A DNA stretch of 64,000 bases from a virus: positions 3,642 to 67,641 of IMG/VR virus record IMGVR_UViG_3300037420_000246; one strand, written 5' to 3'. Made by a program: the position numbers and the translations under genes. The notes under the pieces were generated by a model. The model had not been told where the DNA came from and ran no database searches. It was given only the letters and a program-made list of their open reading frames with translations. This document shows, piece after piece, positions 8,201 through 17,069 of the stretch (position 1 is its first letter; every line of letters begins with the position of its first letter).

Positions 8201-11043
8201 GCTACAAAGTGATGCAGACGGTTTCGCAAGCATACCACTTGGCTGAAATGGCCCAAGCGCTTGCTTCGATTCCTGTAAAACTGGCTGCTGGTGCTGCAAC
8301 AATGTTTGCACAATCTGGCTTTGGTGGCTTTGCCGGTGTGGCTGCAATGACTGCTCTTGTTGCGGGCTTTGGTGTGGCTATCAGTGGGGGTGGCAGCAAA
8401 CCTCCTTCTGCGGCTGACCGTCAAGCTGCGCAAGGCACTGGTAGTATTCTTGGGGATGACAAAGCTAAGAGCGATAGTATTGCCCACTCCATCTCCGTCC
8501 TTGAAAAAAATAGTGGTTTGGGGCTGGCGCAAGGCAACGAAATGGTTGGGTATCTGAAGAATGTTTCGGATAACATTTCAAGTTTTGCTGCCTTGGTTGT
8601 CCGTACAACAGGCATTACAGGCAATCTGGCAGACACCACTAAAGGCGGTGCTGCAAGTTTTGCAAGTTCTGCCCTTGGTACGACACTCATAATGGGGCCA
8701 ATCACTGAGATTCTGAACAAACTCTCTGGTGGTTTTATTGGAAACGCAATTGGTAAAATTGCTAACTCTATCTTTGGTGGCAATGTACATACAATTGACA
8801 CTGGCTTCACGTTAGGTAAAACCTCTGTTGCGGATGTGATGGCAAATGGTGTAAATGCTAGTCAGTACACAGACACAAAAACGGATGGTGGATGGTTCCA
8901 TAGCGATAAGTATAACACCAGCCTAACCTCCCTCGGCCAACAAGCAAACGATCAGTTTGCAAAGATTATTGTCGGGATGTCTGACACCATCACTGCTGCT
9001 GCAAAAACTCTTGGGGTTTGCACTGATGATTTTACAGCACATCTGCAAAGCTTTGTTGTAGACATTGGAAACATCTCGCTTAAAGGGCTTTCTGGAGACG
9101 AGATTCAAAAGCAACTGCAAGCTGTATTCAGTAAGCTTGGTGACGACATGGCGCAATATGGTCTGTCTGGATTCGATAAGTTTCAGAAGGTTGGTGAAGG
9201 GTATCTTGAGACGATTGCTCGTGTTGCTAACGACTTCATGCAAGTGAAGGATGTCTTTGCTGTTCTTGGCAAGTCTCTCACTGCTGTAGGTGTTGATGCA
9301 GCAAATGTATCCGAGGGTTTGATTAGTGCAGCAGGTAGTGTAGAAGCTCTTACGAAGAATACAAAAACCTTCGTTGACGGCTTCCTCACTAACGCTGAGA
9401 AGATTGCCCCAATTGCCAAGTCTGTTGATGCTGAATTGGCGAAATGGAATCTGTCTTGGGTGCAAACTCGTGAGCAATTTAAGCAAGTGGTGCTTGGCCT
9501 TGATCTTACAACCGAAGCAGGGCAAAAGGAATACGCAGCACTGATTAATCTTGCGGGGGCATTCGCCCAAGTGCATGACGCTATTGTAGACACTACAATG
9601 ACGGCCCAACAGATTGCTGACCAACGTAAGAGTTTGCAAGACCAGTATGACCAACTGACGATGACCTCTGCTCAATTACATGAGAAAGAACGTAATGCTA
9701 TAGACGATAGTAACAAGGCGCTCTATGACAATATATATCTTCTTACACAACAAGCACAGGCCATCAAAGATATGCAGGATGGCGCAACTACGAGTCTTGC
9801 TAATGTGGATAATGCTTTCAATGTGTTCCAAAAAGCTGTAGATCGACAGAAAACTGTGCTGAAGAATGCTTTCGACGTTCAGATGAAGCAGATTGACGAC
9901 AAGATTACTCTTGAAACCAATGCTAACCAGAAGCTGAAAGCACTGGCATCTAGCCTTCAATCTACGCTTGATGGTATGAAGCCATCTGTGCAAGCAGCCG
10001 ATGTAACAAGGGCGCTGCGAGTTCAAGCACAGCAGCAGCTTCGAGATGCTTTGACGTTGTTTAAGTCTGGTGTTGTTCCTGATGCAGACAGCCTGAAGAA
10101 TCCTCTGAGTGTTGCTGCAAGCGACTCTACGGCGATGTTCTCAAGTGCTGAGGATTACCAACGTGATTTCTACCGCACTCAGAACACCATCTCTGATTTG
10201 GCGAAATACAGCAACGACGCCGCATCAACAAGCGACAAAATCCTGCAAACTCTTAACGATCAGAAGACTGCTGCACAAGCTGCATATGACGCTGAGATTA
10301 AGAGCTTAGATGACACAGTTGCTAAGGCTCAAGAGCAAATTGACATCCTGAAAGGGCAGTCTACAACGCTGTTGAGCATCGATCAAGCATTGAACGCCCT
10401 CGGCTTGGCTATCAGCGAAGCTAACAAGAATCCTCTTGTCAGTGGACAATCTGCTATCTCTCAAGCTTATCAAACTTCTTTGGGGCGTGCTCCAGATCAA
10501 GCAGGGTTGGACTTCTGGAAGAATCAAATCACAAAAGGGACGCCTATCGAAGACATCCTGAATGCGATTAACAATTCTCCTGAAGCTCAAGTGCAGAAAT
10601 TGTACCAGTCGTTGTTCAATCGTCCTGCTGATGCTGGTGGATTGGGATTCTGGACACAACAGATGAACAATGGCGTGGACATTTCGGCTATCAAGCAAGC
10701 GATGATGTCGAGTGATGAGTATCATGACTTAAAGAACAAGATTCCTTCGTTTGACAAAGGGACGAATGAACTCCCTGAAGACATGCTTGCTATGGTTCAT
10801 AAAGGTGAGCGAATCGTGCCCGCAAGTGATAACTTGGAATTGATGCAACGTCTGAAGAGTCCTCAATCGAATGCTGAAGCCTTGAGCAACGAAGTGGTGA
10901 ATCTGCGTGAAGAGATTGCTTCCCTTAAAGAGACAATCCGTGCGGGGGATGTTGCTAATGTTCAGACATCGAAGGAAATCGTAAAAGTGTTGAAGCGCTG
11001 GGACGTAGATGGTCAGCCTGAAACTCGTGATGTATCAGCGTAA
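5230..11043 (+). CDS. Tail tape measure protein (1937 aa)
   Basis: Very long ORF after G/GT; Ala/Lys/Glu/Gln-rich coiled-coil N-terminal third, hydrophobic Gly-rich segment (AFAASLGVSLGVLVAAVAAVVAVVG), C-terminal tandem ~60-aa repeats. Confidence 0.9.
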   Translation: MALEASSLQVVVSGSGIEATTKQLNDLAAAGEKAEKSTTKLAQSSKDSSKAQVDAAQQAASQYNAIIDMMTEKSNTYYADKAAKAAIAAQQELYDGMVMMDKLRAGAEGYYADQAAKREKDHQDVLAKQQAQKNAAEARYAAEQELANRMNAAFDKRQAQTEAMAINAKLDADTKALKADGDAFTAMLKTQAEKVGLTTKELREYNAEQLRTKAAQLGLMQAGSESKDKIDGYINTIKNAKGPHESFNLLTAGSARELMVLTHELSQGQFQRFGGSLIVLAERINFLPSVLEKAGAFAASLGVSLGVLVAAVAAVVAVVGTAIWTFTKSGTALKEMRNEVILTGHSIGVTGDQLYDMANKIGEATGKFGAAREAVIQLASTGKFTADQIKLITEAAVGLEKYGGVAIDNTIKQFEKLAAEPIKGAQRGFKGVSEAAMELDKQLHFLTPQMLDEIIHLERIGDAAGASKKAIGSLAEEEKKRVQELKNNLTPIGVLFDTIAEKASKMWNNVFHKKSLTEQLEDAKDNLAQIQGVNGVHPEQTHQANAIAEVARLEKKIRDQAEKEKQEQHNKEVARTAELALIHRRTLLDMGKDEDTLTAQTARDAADRAAIKAAGLKSELFSAEADAEAMAIIEKKYKQKVTPTPGLGMSKVNSRIAELQMEFEKASYFADKEMKLEQDKAKHHEVSALKLYNDQQKYFNDRQKLIDDTEAKEIAATNLYDHGAKNKDKLAEEAATKRFEIEKRYDMLRGKLAADRDAADTALERANKTAEDNREEMYVKGTQTINAETKALQDKIAGYNLIPEAIRKAGISEKQMQDYFTQAEIDNIQERIDALKQFDGVDGTMMAAEIARLNARKNALDDKRKAQKAWEDVQAGNAAALNTPAAMKANAAEQVKLWKDAGNEIQKALTQAFGESGKAAGEMFKAFSEGQANQIDLTQKVAEANRRTDLSKIEQTQLITALQNQQEQNQLNMYGNMANAASQFFDHQSKGYKVMQTVSQAYHLAEMAQALASIPVKLAAGAATMFAQSGFGGFAGVAAMTALVAGFGVAISGGGSKPPSAADRQAAQGTGSILGDDKAKSDSIAHSISVLEKNSGLGLAQGNEMVGYLKNVSDNISSFAALVVRTTGITGNLADTTKGGAASFASSALGTTLIMGPITEILNKLSGGFIGNAIGKIANSIFGGNVHTIDTGFTLGKTSVADVMANGVNASQYTDTKTDGGWFHSDKYNTSLTSLGQQANDQFAKIIVGMSDTITAAAKTLGVCTDDFTAHLQSFVVDIGNISLKGLSGDEIQKQLQAVFSKLGDDMAQYGLSGFDKFQKVGEGYLETIARVANDFMQVKDVFAVLGKSLTAVGVDAANVSEGLISAAGSVEALTKNTKTFVDGFLTNAEKIAPIAKSVDAELAKWNLSWVQTREQFKQVVLGLDLTTEAGQKEYAALINLAGAFAQVHDAIVDTTMTAQQIADQRKSLQDQYDQLTMTSAQLHEKERNAIDDSNKALYDNIYLLTQQAQAIKDMQDGATTSLANVDNAFNVFQKAVDRQKTVLKNAFDVQMKQIDDKITLETNANQKLKALASSLQSTLDGMKPSVQAADVTRALRVQAQQQLRDALTLFKSGVVPDADSLKNPLSVAASDSTAMFSSAEDYQRDFYRTQNTISDLAKYSNDAASTSDKILQTLNDQKTAAQAAYDAEIKSLDDTVAKAQEQIDILKGQSTTLLSIDQALNALGLAISEANKNPLVSGQSAISQAYQTSLGRAPDQAGLDFWKNQITKGTPIEDILNAINNSPEAQVQKLYQSLFNRPADAGGLGFWTQQMNNGVDISAIKQAMMSSDEYHDLKNKIPSFDKGTNELPEDMLAMVHKGERIVPASDNLELMQRLKSPQSNAEALSNEVVNLREEIASLKETIRAGDVANVQTSKEIVKVLKRWDVDGQPETRDVSA

Positions 11044-11048
11044 TGCGA

Positions 11049-11077
11049 AGAGAATCCTTTCGGGGATTCTCTCTTTA
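11049..11077 (+). terminator. Hairpin after tape measure gene (terminator/attenuator-like)
   Basis: AGAGAATCC-TTTCGG-GGATTCTCT 9-bp stem followed by CTTTAAT. Confidence 0.4.
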
Positions 11078-11093
11078 ATAAGAGGCAAATGAA

Positions 11094-12941
11094 TTGAAAA
11101 TTGTAAAGCCTGTCCCTGTTACACAAGCAGGTACATTTTCTCGTGCCTCTGTAGGCACTTATTTTGATAATAATGGTGTACTACAAACTGCTGCTGTAGA
11201 TACGCCAAGATATACGTATGATCCTAGTGATTTAACGAAGGCTCCTTATTTGTTATTGGAGGCCGCTGCAACGAACTTACTGCCGAATTCAGGGCACCTA
11301 GCCGCGTGGACAAACGCGGGGGCACCTTATATGAGCACTACAACGGGGGCAACAGCAGCCCCGGACGGCACATTATCCGGTGATCTTATTGTGAATAGCG
11401 GCGGCACCGATTTTTGTTCGTTCTACCAAGCTGCTAGCGTAACATCTGGCAACAACTATGTTGTGTCTCTGTTTGTTAAAGCAGGAACGTCTTCCAGATT
11501 TGACGTTCGTATGATCTCCGGCAGCACGGATTGCTACGCGACTTATGCCCTAGATGTCAGCAGCGTGGTGTATGTCCAACCCGGCGCAATTGCAACGAAG
11601 TTTACAAATATCGGTGGAGGTTGGTATAGAGTAGAGTTGTCCGTTACTGCGCAGAGCAACACCCTAACGGTGTATGTTTATCCTAAAACACAGTACGCAT
11701 CGTCCAGCACAGGCGGGATGTATTACTGGGGCGCTCAGCTAGAGGCAGGCTCCGCAGCAACCAGTTACATCGCTACAACCTCCACTGCGTCCGCACGAGC
11801 AGCAGACTCCCTCAATGGAAGCGGCCTGCTTGCTTCCTCTGTAGCAGAAAATGATTACGCAGCATATTCTAGCAGCACAAGCTACACATTAGGTCAGCGA
11901 GTGATTGTAACGAGTCTGCATAAAGTGTTTGAATCGCTTCGTGGAGGCTCATCTACCGTAACAATCAGTTATGCATCTCCTGCTGTTATTGGATGGACTG
12001 CGCATGGACTGCCTAATGGTACAGCAGTGACGTTCACCACAACAGGAACGCTGCCAACAGGGTTGACAGCAGGCACAACTTATTATGTCGTGAATGCTAA
12101 CACAGATACGTTCAATGTAGCAGCAACATTAGGTGGCACAGTAATCAACACTACAAGTGCAGGTAGTGGTGTTCACACAGGACACGATAGTGCCAACCTG
12201 AACAACGACCCATCAACAAGCCCAACGTACTGGCTCGATTGTGGTAGTACAAATAGGTGGAAGCCGTTCGACTCTGTTGTGCAGTCGCAGCTTACAGCGA
12301 CAACCAACGCAGCATTCACTGTAAATGTTCCACAGCTTATTGACACCGTAGCGCTGCTGAACACTAATGCACAATCTGCACGAGTGACAGCATATTATGG
12401 CTCGACACAAGTGTACGACACGAATGTTAGTTTGTACACCGATGAAGTGGAAATTACAGATTGGAGCTTGTATTTCTTCACTGACTTCAGGCAGCAGACA
12501 GACATTATTCTAAACGATCTTCCTCCGTATCTCAACATGAATGTTTCTGTCTCTCTTGCGGCAGCTTCTGGCAATCCTGTAGCAGTTGGTGCAGTGATAT
12601 ATGGCAAAGCTAAAGACATTTCTAGCGAAAAGAAGGGCGTGGAGTTTGGGGCTAAGATTGGTATTACAGACTATTCTGTGAAGACAAAAGATGCATTCGG
12701 TAACTACACAATCACTCCTAGGGCGTTTGCTAAACGTGCTAATTGGGATGTGTATGTGAATAATGAAGACATTGACTTCACGTTCAATCTGCTTTCCAGT
12801 ATTAGGACAACACCTATTCTGTTCATCGGCAGTAGCCAGTATAAGTCTGCTGCAATTTATGGTTACTATAAGTCGTGGGATGTGACTATCCCCTACCCGG
12901 ATGTGAGCATTTGTACTATTGAAATTGACGGACTTGTGTAA
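11094..12941 (+). CDS. Tail tip/baseplate protein (putative, 615 aa)
   Basis: TTG start 11094 (an ATG at 11088 is immediately followed by TGA); first large ORF after tape measure; T/S/G/A-rich. Confidence 0.5.
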   Translation: MKIVKPVPVTQAGTFSRASVGTYFDNNGVLQTAAVDTPRYTYDPSDLTKAPYLLLEAAATNLLPNSGHLAAWTNAGAPYMSTTTGATAAPDGTLSGDLIVNSGGTDFCSFYQAASVTSGNNYVVSLFVKAGTSSRFDVRMISGSTDCYATYALDVSSVVYVQPGAIATKFTNIGGGWYRVELSVTAQSNTLTVYVYPKTQYASSSTGGMYYWGAQLEAGSAATSYIATTSTASARAADSLNGSGLLASSVAENDYAAYSSSTSYTLGQRVIVTSLHKVFESLRGGSSTVTISYASPAVIGWTAHGLPNGTAVTFTTTGTLPTGLTAGTTYYVVNANTDTFNVAATLGGTVINTTSAGSGVHTGHDSANLNNDPSTSPTYWLDCGSTNRWKPFDSVVQSQLTATTNAAFTVNVPQLIDTVALLNTNAQSARVTAYYGSTQVYDTNVSLYTDEVEITDWSLYFFTDFRQQTDIILNDLPPYLNMNVSVSLAAASGNPVAVGAVIYGKAKDISSEKKGVEFGAKIGITDYSVKTKDAFGNYTITPRAFAKRANWDVYVNNEDIDFTFNLLSSIRTTPILFIGSSQYKSAAIYGYYKSWDVTIPYPDVSICTIEIDGLV

Positions 12942-12962
12942 AAGAATTTAAAAGGATTATAA

Positions 12963-13991
12963 ATGGCAATTACATCTCTACCAGCAGTACCACAACGGAG
13001 CGATCCGACCAACTTTGCTACGAAGGCAGATGCCTTTCTTGCTGCACTGCCCACTTTTGTTAGCGATGCTAATACGCTTGCTGCTAACTTGAATAGCATT
13101 GCAGCAGGCGGGGCGTATGCGATTCCGTACACTTATGCAGCTACCCCAACACCAGTCGGACAAGCTGCAGGTGGGCGGCTTTCGTTCAATAGCGGCGGCA
13201 CGGTCACAACAGCCAACTCCATCTATGCCGACGTAAAGAGCTCTGGCGGCTCTACAGTTACTGCAATTCTCAATGACTTCAATGCTTCGTCTAGCACAGT
13301 TAAAGGTGTGATCCGACTAGTGAAGGTTGGAGATACAACTAAGTGGGCCACATTTAATGTAAGTGCGTATGTTTTGAACGGCGGAGGATTGTACGGCATA
13401 GCTACAGTTACGCCTGTTGCACAGAGTAGTGCAACCCCATTTAATGATGGCGACTCTCTCGTACTACTCTTCCAGCGCACAGGTGACATGGGGGCTACAG
13501 GGGCTGCTGGTCAATCAGGAGTTCTGGTATTCCACGCTCGTGAGGAGCAGGCAGCAGGTACAACGGGGGCAGCAGGGACATCTGTTACTGGAGGTTACCG
13601 GCGCGTTTTGAACACTGTGAAGACTAACCAGATTAGCGGCGTTGCACTTTCAGGCAACCAGATCACAGGCGTGCCAGCAGGTGTGTATAAGGTTCGCGCA
13701 AGGTCGCCACTCCATCTCAATAGTGCCGTTATGAGGAAGCTGGCGCTGTACAACGTAACGACTAGTAGCTATGTAGCGATTGGCTCGCCAGCCTTTAACT
13801 TCGATTATTCAGGTGCTTCTGATATCTACGGTGAAGTGTCCGAATTAATGGCTGTAATCACCTTGGCTGGGACAACAACACTTGAACTTCGTGACCTTTG
13901 GTCCGGTGCGTCGCCGGCATTTTGGGGTCGATCCGGGAACCAAGGCCAAGTAGAAGTGTACACAGAAATTATGATTGAAAAGATTGGTTAA
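12963..13991 (+). CDS. Putative tail fibre protein
   Basis: N-terminus LPAVPQRSDPTNFATKADAFLAALPTF typical of phage tail-fibre N-termini; short collagen-like G-X-Y run (GDMGATGAAGQSG); position after tail tip protein. Confidence 0.55.
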   Translation: MAITSLPAVPQRSDPTNFATKADAFLAALPTFVSDANTLAANLNSIAAGGAYAIPYTYAATPTPVGQAAGGRLSFNSGGTVTTANSIYADVKSSGGSTVTAILNDFNASSSTVKGVIRLVKVGDTTKWATFNVSAYVLNGGGLYGIATVTPVAQSSATPFNDGDSLVLLFQRTGDMGATGAAGQSGVLVFHAREEQAAGTTGAAGTSVTGGYRRVLNTVKTNQISGVALSGNQITGVPAGVYKVRARSPLHLNSAVMRKLALYNVTTSSYVAIGSPAFNFDYSGASDIYGEVSELMAVITLAGTTTLELRDLWSGASPAFWGRSGNQGQVEVYTEIMIEKIG

Positions 13992-13994
13992 GAT

Positions 13995-14567
13995 ATGGAC
14001 GACACGACAGAATTTCCTATCCCATTTAGCTACGTAACTTACCTGCCAGACGGCACACTCGACGGCTGCTACTTTCAAATGCCGCCAGAAGACCACATTA
14101 CCCGTATGATTGTTGTAGACGATGCTACACGCGATGTGTGGGTAAACTACCGTGCTAATGACACACGAGACGGCTTAGAGCCGGTGATTGTTGTGCCGCG
14201 CGTAATAGACATTACGACTATTAAAGCAGCCAAAAACGTCCAAATCAACGTATGGCGAGCATCAGCCAACCTCTCCACATTCCCCTACAACGGTAAGCTT
14301 ATTGCTTGTGATGCCCTGTCCCGCTCTGACATTGACGGCGTAGCCAATCACATTGCCTTGTTCGGTACATTCCCTGAAGGCTTTCCGGGCGCATGGAAGG
14401 CCACAGATAACACTTTTATCCCGATGACTGACATTGACGCTTTCAAAGAAATGTACGCTGCCATGACTGCACAAGGAACTGCCAATTTCTCTTATTCACA
14501 AGAGTTGAAGGCTGCATTGGCGACAGCTACAACACAAGAGGAAATCGCAGCGATAGTGTGGCAATAG
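13995..14567 (+). CDS. Tail fibre assembly/chaperone-like protein (DUF4376-like)
   Basis: 190 aa directly downstream of fibre gene; C-terminal half resembles tail-fibre-associated DUF4376 pattern. Confidence 0.4.
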   Translation: MDDTTEFPIPFSYVTYLPDGTLDGCYFQMPPEDHITRMIVVDDATRDVWVNYRANDTRDGLEPVIVVPRVIDITTIKAAKNVQINVWRASANLSTFPYNGKLIACDALSRSDIDGVANHIALFGTFPEGFPGAWKATDNTFIPMTDIDAFKEMYAAMTAQGTANFSYSQELKAALATATTQEEIAAIVWQ

Positions 14568-14613
14568 TTCTGCTCTTGTAGCCATTCAAAGGAACGTCCT
14601 GTAAAGGAACAAT

Positions 14614-15120
14614 ATGAAATTCTCTGAATTTAAAAATGTTGTACGGAGTGGTGACCTCATCGCACTCTCGCATCAGTCATGGGCTTCTGAAAAAGATATT
14701 GAGTCCCAAATCGTTAGGATGGCTACGAGGTCCGAGTTTAGTCACGTATGCGTCGCTCTTGTAGAAGATGGAGATGCCTACTGCATTGAAGCGATTGTAC
14801 CTCATGTTTCAATCACTCGCCTAGAAGAGCGCCTTAGTGAAGGGTTCTACCACATTCCGACACCAGATAAGCCCATGACCGAGGAAGAGAAACAGTATGG
14901 GTTGTCTAAAGTCGGGGACGGGTATTCCAAGCTCGAAGCAATTGAGGGATATTTGGATTTGCTAAAAATAGGCTATGACGGGCTGTGGCAGTGTTCAGAG
15001 CTTACCATTGCTATGCGCAGACTGTCTAGTCTCGACCTTGGGCCTATCGCAACACCAGCGAAAGTAGTAGAGAAAGCCATGAAGCTTGGCTACGAGATGA
15101 GACTTATTACAAAGGATTGA
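14614..15120 (+). CDS. Papain-like cysteine peptidase (permuted YiiX/C92-like), possible peptidoglycan endopeptidase
   Basis: GDLIALSH...SEFSHVCVAL...AYCIEA motif order resembling permuted papain-fold amidases; heads lysis cassette. Confidence 0.45.
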   Translation: MKFSEFKNVVRSGDLIALSHQSWASEKDIESQIVRMATRSEFSHVCVALVEDGDAYCIEAIVPHVSITRLEERLSEGFYHIPTPDKPMTEEEKQYGLSKVGDGYSKLEAIEGYLDLLKIGYDGLWQCSELTIAMRRLSSLDLGPIATPAKVVEKAMKLGYEMRLITKD

Positions 15121-15121
15121 G

Positions 15122-15397
15122 ATGGACTACAGTGTGCTTATTTGGCCTTTACAGGCTTTGATCGGGGCGTTCTGCGCCGTGATATGGGCGAACTACTTAG
15201 ATGTAAAGAAGACGGCTGATAGGGCCATTAAAGAGCTTGGAGAGTACCGTGTGCATGTAGCGGAAACGTACTCCACAAGTGCTGAGCTTAAAGATGCAGT
15301 CGAGTCCATCAATAAGGCTTTTGAATCTTATTCCAGTAAGCTTGATGTTCGTCTCGACCGGATCGAAAGTAAGATTGACAACAAGGCGGATAAATAA
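15122..15397 (+). CDS. Holin or i-spanin-like membrane protein (N-terminal TM + charged coiled coil)
   Basis: 91 aa; one N-terminal hydrophobic helix (LIWPLQALIGAFCAVIWANYL) then K/E-rich helix; immediately upstream of endolysin with ATAATGG overlap. Confidence 0.4.
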   Translation: MDYSVLIWPLQALIGAFCAVIWANYLDVKKTADRAIKELGEYRVHVAETYSTSAELKDAVESINKAFESYSSKLDVRLDRIESKIDNKADK

Positions 15398-15942
15398 TGG
15401 AACTGACGCTCGCACAACTCGTAGCTATTATGCCATACGCTAAGAAGCGTGCAAGCCTTTTCTTGGCCCCTCTAAATGCAGCTATGCAGGAATTTAGCAT
15501 CAACACTCATCTGAGGATGGCTGCGTTCTTAGCTCAGACAGGTCACGAGTCTGGTCAGCTATTGTACACCGAAGAGATTGCTTCTGGAAGCGCTTACGAA
15601 ATGCGCAGGGATTTGGGCAACACACATCCCGGTTGGGGCGTCTTGTACAAGGGGCGTGGACTAATTCAGATCACAGGCTTCTACAACTACACGGCTGTGA
15701 TGATGGCTCTTGACATTCCTTGTGTGGAGCATCCAGAGATTCTTAAAGAGCCTGTTAATGCTTGTAGGAGTGCAGCGTGGTATTGGAGTGATAGGGGACT
15801 GAATGCGTTAGCTGACCAAGGCACTGATGAATCTTTTACAACCATAACAAGACGGGTTAACGGAGGTCTGAACGGCATCCAAGACCGCCTATCACTCTAT
15901 CACACTGCAAAGGAAGTGTTATGTTCTCAATCACAAAAATGA
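15397..15942 (+). CDS. Endolysin, glycoside hydrolase family 19 (chitinase-like lysozyme)
   Basis: FLAQTGHESG...YKGRGLIQITGFYNY matches GH19 catalytic signature; no signal/SAR sequence. Confidence 0.8.
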   Translation: MELTLAQLVAIMPYAKKRASLFLAPLNAAMQEFSINTHLRMAAFLAQTGHESGQLLYTEEIASGSAYEMRRDLGNTHPGWGVLYKGRGLIQITGFYNYTAVMMALDIPCVEHPEILKEPVNACRSAAWYWSDRGLNALADQGTDESFTTITRRVNGGLNGIQDRLSLYHTAKEVLCSQSQK

Positions 15943-16397
15943 AAGCCTTGTGGGAGTTGTTCCAACAAGGGAAAGCTGTAGCGGACCCTGCGAAGTGGAA
16001 AGCTCACCAAATCACTGCCACGATGCTTGGTGGCTTCATCATCGCCATTGTACAACTTGCGAAAGCCTTCGGTCATGAAATTCCTGTGGACTCGGACTCT
16101 GCCACAGCAATTGCTGGTGGCGTTGTCGCTGTCACTAATATTATTTTCACCATCACTACAAGCAAGCACGTTGGACTGCCAGCCACACAACAAGCTGTGC
16201 CAAGCGTACAACAAGACACTCCTACAGAGCCAACACAAAGCTCCGTGCAGCCTAGCCCTGTCGCCCCTGTGGAACAACAGCCTGTTGGCCCTAATAGCTC
16301 AGAAGAACATGCTGCTCTCGTTGAACGGGCAAGAGAGTGGGCAGCAAAGCATAGAAAATTTGACAACGACCAAAATCCAAATTACGAGAATGGTTGA
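15921..16397 (+). CDS. Two-TM membrane protein with Pro/Gln-rich tail (holin-like / lysis accessory)
   Basis: Two hydrophobic helices (ITATMLGGFIIAIVQLAKAF; ATAIAGGVVAVTNIIFTITT); overlaps endolysin 3' end; last gene of + structural/lysis operon. Confidence 0.4.
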   Translation: MFSITKMKALWELFQQGKAVADPAKWKAHQITATMLGGFIIAIVQLAKAFGHEIPVDSDSATAIAGGVVAVTNIIFTITTSKHVGLPATQQAVPSVQQDTPTEPTQSSVQPSPVAPVEQQPVGPNSSEEHAALVERAREWAAKHRKFDNDQNPNYENG

Positions 16398-16586
16398 CGC
16401 TGTAGAAGGAATAAGCTTACGAGTGGAATGTAAGCTATAAAAGACAAAAAGGAGGCACCCTACACTATTAATGTAAGAAACCTCCCTTGTAACAATCACG
16501 TTTGTACATACAATCGCTAACGCTCTTGGTAGAGCATCTTCGCCTCGCCTTCCTTATGGGACGCGGGGCTTCTTTTTGCCTATTGT

Positions 16587-16856
16587 TTACGCAGCCTTGG
16601 CAACTTTAACAAATGCGCCGATTTGATTGTAGAATTGCACCAGCGCCGCAATCACAGCCGTTACATGACCAACAACTTGATCAAATGGCATGACAGGACT
16701 AGAGGCATCGTAAACAGATTTGATGATGTCAAGCGCAAGTTGCAGTTTTGCTTGTCCGTTACCCGGAGTTTGTGACTCTGCTTCAACGGCCTTCACAGTG
16801 TCGCTTACGACTGGCAGCAGGGTGAGGACAACCTTGGAGATGGTGATGAGGTTCAT
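16587..16856 (-). CDS. Small two-helix membrane protein (holin-like?)
   Basis: 89 aa, hydrophobic segments VVLTLLPVV and HVTAVIAALVQF; terminal gene of leftward operon, convergent with lysis cassette. Confidence 0.35.
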   Translation of the reverse strand: MNLITISKVVLTLLPVVSDTVKAVEAESQTPGNGQAKLQLALDIIKSVYDASSPVMPFDQVVGHVTAVIAALVQFYNQIGAFVKVAKAA

Positions 16857-17069
16857 TGTTAATTCTCCTTCAAGAAATTTATTGTTTACGTTTAGCCCTA
16901 GAAGAGAGCGTGTTCATTTTGTGTTCAATTATTGTGTGGAATCAGTATCCACCCTGCATCTGATTTTCGTCAAGCATTTTCTTGCGTTGCGGAAAAGATA
17001 CCACACAAACAGTGTTGTTTCTGAACAGCGTTTACTAGTGCTTGACGGAATTTAGCTCAGATTGTAGTG

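Noticed and set aside
5251-10725. Numerous ORFs on the minus strand and alternate frames inside the tape measure gene (e.g. 5251..6264, 6265..6978, 7384..8031, 8923..9675, 10306..10725)
   Set aside because: Entirely contained within the 5.8-kb TMP coding sequence. They are artefacts of its biased Ala/Lys/Glu codon composition, with no RBS or operon context.
16027-16440. Alternate-frame ORF (137 aa) embedded in the 2-TM lysis protein gene, considered as an embedded o-spanin (Rz1-like)
   Set aside because: The hydrophobic N-region ends in TLDC, which is not a lipobox (needs L-[AS]-[GA]-C). The outer gene does not look like an i-spanin (two TM, no periplasmic coiled coil). The ORF extends past the outer gene's stop. 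Most likely a frame artefact.
16515-16585. tRNA-like D-arm (GCTC-TTGGTA-GAGC) in the convergent intergenic region
   Set aside because: No T-arm (TTCGA/TTCAA loop), no pairing anticodon stem and no 7-bp acceptor stem on either strand. Probably a coincidental hairpin; also no clean terminator structure could be drawn.
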